Shown here one piece after another: positions 10,306 to 10,890 of a stretch of 10,890 nt of DNA. Numbering within the stretch: the first letter of the stretch is position 1; every line of letters starts with the position of its first letter. A program made the translations under genes and the position numbers. Source of the stretch: Amoebidium appalachense (Eukaryota > Protista > Ichthyosporea); NCBI GenBank assembly GCA_963693365.1, contig CAVNZM010000088.1, positions 1 through 10,890 of the forward strand, in the 5' to 3' direction. The notes below the pieces were generated by a model. That model was not told where the DNA came from. It searched no databases and worked only from the letters and a program-made list of their open reading frames with translations.

Positions 10306-10857
10306 TATGCAAAGACCTGGGAAAAGATCTGCAAGGTCCGGGAGAAGGCAGTCCTCAGCCTGTCAGCTGATGAGCAAGACGAGAAGGGGGACGACAAGCC
10401 CTCCACGAAGCAGTCCACGGCAAAAGACGACACCGGCGAGGTTTCTGATGACACTGGCATGGCGGCTGACGAGATGGAGAATTCTGGCTCCAAAAAGCGG
10501 CCCAAGTCAGACGACGACTTGTCGGATGCCAGTGCCGGGCGCCCCATGAAGAAGGGTAAAAAGGCCCAGGGCGTGGCGTCTAGCGTGGTGGGTGGTGATG
10601 TGCATGGGTCACCTGTGCCTCGTGATAGAGCGGGTGGTTCTGATGAGCAGGAGGGTGTTGCACAAGCGGGGGGGGATGACAAGTATTGGGAGGAGTTGGC
10701 CAAGATTAGTGGAGGTAAAGAGGTGGCGGATGGCGATGTTAGTAGTGGCGGGGGGAAACGTGCGAGGGAAGTGAGTGATGAGAGTGGGGATGAGAAGGGT
10801 GAAGGTGGGGTTAAAAAGCAGAAAGGCGATGTGGGTGGGAGGGTTGAGGATGATTAG
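10306..10857 (+). CDS. Probable terminal exon encoding an acidic, Gly/Lys-rich disordered C-terminus with NLS-like basic clusters; product unknown
   Basis: Branch-like CACTCAC at 10274 and pyrimidine tract CTCCTTCTGTCCCAACCCAG| at 10305. The frame is open from YAKTWEKICKVREKAVL through ORF 10459 to TAG at 10857 (183 codons), and phase 0 matches the 9856 donor. Motifs KKRPK, KKGKK, KRAR and KKQK. Confidence 0.6.
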   Translation, partial: YAKTWEKICKVREKAVLSLSADEQDEKGDDKPSTKQSTAKDDTGEVSDDTGMAADEMENSGSKKRPKSDDDLSDASAGRPMKKGKKAQGVASSVVGGDVHGSPVPRDRAGGSDEQEGVAQAGGDDKYWEELAKISGGKEVADGDVSSGGGKRAREVSDESGDEKGEGGVKKQKGDVGGRVEDD

Positions 10858-10890
10858 AATGAGGAGGAATAGGGAAAGACCCCCCCCCCC

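Noticed and set aside
10254-10703. Minus-strand 149-aa Ser-rich ORF
   Set aside because: It is antisense to the plus-strand exon, which has the splice acceptor and more plausible composition.

Overview
Repeat-rich eukaryotic DNA (spliceosomal intron signals, long microsatellites, CCAAT/TATA promoters); the organism cannot be identified from the window. Most listed ORFs are artefacts of (CA)n, (CCCT)n and poly-C/G tracts. Supported structure: (1) a 3'-truncated, frameshifted tyrosine-recombinase (DIRS/Ngaro-type) retrotransposon gag at about 7721-9218, whose ~210-bp upstream leader recurs inverted, ~92% identical, at 1-218; (2) a 10-copy 181-187 bp tandem satellite at about 2872-4720; (3) an 861-bp non-autonomous DNA transposon (5929-6789) with 29-bp TIRs, an AGT 3-bp target duplication and an internal E2F-like/CCAAT motif cluster; (4) a 29-bp TTCCCGC-bearing minisatellite (7011-7140); (5) two spliced gene fragments missed by the ORF track (minus strand 278-751; plus strand 9684-10857), each with one apparent lesion. 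I see no firm evidence of a new biological system. The best leads are probably uncatalogued TE families and their promoter motifs.
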